DNA of 56,990 nucleotides from a virus (Duplodnaviria; Heunggongvirae; Uroviricota; Caudoviricetes): IMG/VR virus record IMGVR_UViG_3300042991_000632, positions 91,036 to 148,025 of that record; one strand, 5' to 3'. Shown piece by piece: positions 54,378 to 56,990 of this stretch (position 1 is its first letter; each line of letters starts with the position of its first letter). The notes under the pieces were generated by a model. It saw only the letters and a program-made list of their open reading frames with translations, ran no database searches and was not told where the DNA came from. The position numbers and the translations under genes were made by a program.

Positions 54378-55502
54378 TTAAATCTTTCTTATTCTTATTG
54401 ATGAGAATGTTGCACACGCAGTACCACCTGCTGCCCAATAATATACATTAAAGCAATTTTGCCCTGCTGTTGTTCCACCTGATAAATATAAATCTCTCGA
54501 TAATGTATTCGTAAAAGTAAATCCTGCTTGATTCATCTTCAATAAGAAATCACTACCCTGTGTAACACCATTAACTTGAAATCTACCATAAACAGTTGAG
54601 TTTGCGTTTGATTGTCCCACTTGTTCACTAAAGTCAACTTGATATATACCTGCTGGCATTGTTGTTCCAGTATAACCTAAATATTTTTGTGGAGAGGTAC
54701 TTGTTGTTGTAGATAATGCAATATTTTCTCTATAATAATAATTAGTACTACCCCCACTCACCAAATATACAGCAATCCTTTTGCTAACAGGATTCCAAAA
54801 CATTGTATATGAAGTATTTCCTGTTAATGTTGGTGGATTAAGTAAACAAACATCAGACTGAAATTTAGTAATTCCACTTATATTAAGTGTTGATGCAGCA
54901 GTTGTCGCACCTTGTAATCTTGTAATTCCAATTGAGCAAAGATATGTGGATGCACTGATACTTGGAGAGCACATACTTACACTACCCAAAATTCTTGGTG
55001 AGCAAACACATGACGTTCCAATTGTTATTGGTGCTATTGAACAAGTGCTACCTGTTAATATTGGTGATTGAATCTTTGTAGAACCACAAATAAATGGTGA
55101 ATGTACCCAAACCCCGCCACAAATACTTGAACCAGATACTAAGCCAGCAGCAGTAAGATTAGCTGTTGTGCCTAAACTACCAGTCATTGTATCACCACTT
55201 CTATAAACTCTGGTATTAATATTAGCTAAAGTACTACCACTAAATTCAGTAAATTGACTATATGTGATATAATCATCCGGTGTTGGTGGTGCAGTCGCTT
55301 CCTGATATTCATCAATTGTTTCTGGGTCATTATATACAATTGTACCACCACTTTCTTTAAATAGATATAATGATTGTGTCTGGGGAATAAAATAATCAAT
55401 ATATATTTCCCCATATGGTGGTGAAGGAGCAAAACTTATATTGCTCCTTTCTACCAAAGTATTACTATATCCAGTATGATACAAAAAATATTCCCAAGCC
55501 AT
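54378..55502 (-). CDS. Tail fibre-like protein with 11-aa Cys/Ser/Pro repeats
   Basis: VYRSGDTMTG fibre motif followed by ~11-residue periodic repeats. Confidence 0.6.
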   Translation of the reverse strand: MAWEYFLYHTGYSNTLVERSNISFAPSPPYGEIYIDYFIPQTQSLYLFKESGGTIVYNDPETIDEYQEATAPPTPDDYITYSQFTEFSGSTLANINTRVYRSGDTMTGSLGTTANLTAAGLVSGSSICGGVWVHSPFICGSTKIQSPILTGSTCSIAPITIGTSCVCSPRILGSVSMCSPSISASTYLCSIGITRLQGATTAASTLNISGITKFQSDVCLLNPPTLTGNTSYTMFWNPVSKRIAVYLVSGGSTNYYYRENIALSTTTSTSPQKYLGYTGTTMPAGIYQVDFSEQVGQSNANSTVYGRFQVNGVTQGSDFLLKMNQAGFTFTNTLSRDLYLSGGTTAGQNCFNVYYWAAGGTACATFSSIRIRKI

Positions 55503-55505
55503 ATA

Positions 55506-56990
55506 TTATGATAATCTATTTAAAACTAAAAATACTGAATAAGGTACTGTATTAACAGTTCCACTGTTCGTTACTCTAAATCCAACTAAATCAACCTTAT
55601 CGTTTGTATTAAAATCTACAATAACTGAAGGTAGTGTCAATGCTTCGCTTGATGTTGCTGTTGTTAACACAGCACCTGCAGCAGTTAATTGAATTGTTGA
55701 CGCATTATTCAACACTAAATAACTACCAACTGAACGTGGCGTTGCACCAGCACCATTTATGACAGTTATTTGATATGAAATCTCATATTTACCTGCCTGT
55801 AAAATCCAAAGTGAAGTACCCCCACTCCATAAATAAGTGTCAGATGCACCAGTAACCACCGCACCAGTTCTATCAAGTAACATGGAAGTTGCCCAAGTAA
55901 TTGGAGTTGCAGCAATTGTATTAATATCAGTGGTTGCGCTTGATACTAATTGAATTTTTTTATCTTTATTCTTTGTACTTGCAGTATATCCAGTAAACGC
56001 CCAATAATTAGCATCAGTTACACCACTAATATAATCAATATCTGCTTGTAATGCTGCTGTTTCACCAGTTACATAACCTTTGTCAACAAGTGAACGTGCA
56101 GTATAATTTGTACTATAATCAGTAGCATATTCAAGACCTGCATTGCTTTCTAAGCTAACTGACGTACCTGAAAATTCCAATAAAATTCCAGTGGTATCTA
56201 CACCAAATGTTGTGCCAGTTAAACCATCGGTTGAAACTTGGAACTCATTGATGTTTGTAATAGATAAATTATGTAAATTTAACCCATTAATTGTCGTATC
56301 ACCAGTCAATGCGCCACCAAGCGCAACATCGTGGTCGCCAACTTTCGTTAAACCATTTGTTGCACCAGTTATTACTATATCAAGGAATTGTTGTGTGCTT
56401 GCAGTATATCCCGTGAATGTTGCAATATTAAGTTTTGTGTCTGTTACACCGGAAATATAGTCAATATCGTTTTCAATTGCTTGAAGTCTTTGAGCGGTTG
56501 TTGCGCTGTAACCAGTAAATGCTACAATATCAAGTTTTTCAGCCAATGCTGCTTGCAATCCACCTGAATTAACATCAACATTGAATGTATTCCCACTCCA
56601 AAGAATTGAATTACCAGCAAGAGCCGAACCATTAACAGCAATTGTATTACCAGTAATACTAATACCATGACCTGCTATTGGTTTGAACTGACTTGAGAAT
56701 AATGTGAAACTAAGTGGTGTCATTCCAACTGTAATTGGATTTGGTGTCGTTAATACCCAAATTGTATTGTATAATGTATCACCACTAAGCACAGGAATTA
56801 AGTTACCATCAGTTACTTCACCATATATAGGTGCTCCGTCAAAGTCTGCTGAACGTGTGAATCCGCTTGTCGATGCACTATAAACATATATACCATTTTG
56901 TGCAGCATCTGTTTGATTTTTAACTAAAACTCTCCAACCGTTAAGAACGATTTCACCATCAATCGTTCCAACAAACGTACCACCAGTAAG
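55506..56990 (-). CDS. Tail fibre protein, N-terminus beyond right window edge
   Basis: Frame is open from 56990 (LTGGTFVGTIDGEIVLNGWRVLVKNQTDAAQNGIYVY..), a known fibre-associated motif; repeated FTGYTAS and IDYISGVTD. Confidence 0.65.
   Translation of the reverse strand, partial: LTGGTFVGTIDGEIVLNGWRVLVKNQTDAAQNGIYVYSASTSGFTRSADFDGAPIYGEVTDGNLIPVLSGDTLYNTIWVLTTPNPITVGMTPLSFTLFSSQFKPIAGHGISITGNTIAVNGSALAGNSILWSGNTFNVDVNSGGLQAALAEKLDIVAFTGYSATTAQRLQAIENDIDYISGVTDTKLNIATFTGYTASTQQFLDIVITGATNGLTKVGDHDVALGGALTGDTTINGLNLHNLSITNINEFQVSTDGLTGTTFGVDTTGILLEFSGTSVSLESNAGLEYATDYSTNYTARSLVDKGYVTGETAALQADIDYISGVTDANYWAFTGYTASTKNKDKKIQLVSSATTDINTIAATPITWATSMLLDRTGAVVTGASDTYLWSGGTSLWILQAGKYEISYQITVINGAGATPRSVGSYLVLNNASTIQLTAAGAVLTTATSSEALTLPSVIVDFNTNDKVDLVGFRVTNSGTVNTVPYSVFLVLNRLS

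Noticed and set aside
534-56460. Numerous short plus-strand and alternate-frame ORFs in the track (e.g. 3412-3783, 6076-6471, 18122-18508, 43066-43614, 53829-54218, 56143-56460)
   Set aside because: They lie antisense to, or out of frame within, long motif-bearing genes, have no recognisable motifs, and lack the upstream signals seen for real genes.
1-56990. Stop-codon reassignment (code 15/4) as in some large phages
   Set aside because: Genes are full length in the standard code, and TAG is used as a real stop (e.g. 10381, 41013, 48354).
1-56990. tRNA, rRNA or structured ncRNA genes
   Set aside because: Intergenic gaps are short (under ~180 nt) and explained by promoters, terminators or a small ORF; no cloverleaf or T-loop GTTCRA context recognised by eye.

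Overview
AT-rich, gene-dense segment of a large (jumbo-type) myovirus-like dsDNA phage genome in the standard genetic code. Every credible gene is on the minus strand except one free-standing GIY-YIG endonuclease (51440-52273). Two lines of evidence suggest a Bacteroidota host: three TTGACA-N17-TAnnTTTG promoters and a secreted protein with an Ala-Gln signal-peptide junction. Content: (i) replication/recombination genes (family-B DNA polymerase, SNF2 helicase, primase, fused SbcD-SbcC, RuvC-like resolvase, dCMP deaminase, sigma-70-type factor, a divergent QueC-like enzyme coupled to the polymerase); (ii) baseplate/tail genes (gp25-like, gp6-like wedge, BppU-like, tail fibres, several Cys-rich proteins); (iii) an accessory block at 31.8-44.6 kb. 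Most notable is a 1814-aa multi-enzyme protein (three kinase-like domains, ParB/Srx-like, two possible ADP-ribosyltransferase-like domains, GNAT, CCA-adding nucleotidyltransferase) with hydrophobic-X-Glu motifs at its domain junctions, coupled to a 2H phosphoesterase and a HAD phosphatase. I read this as a candidate capsid-packaged, protease-processed enzyme payload that includes a tRNA 3'-end repair route; this is inference. A strand-specific GTATTT(AT) upstream motif occurs at 18 sites. All domain calls are motif recognition by eye, with no database searches. No tRNA, rRNA or CRISPR array was seen.
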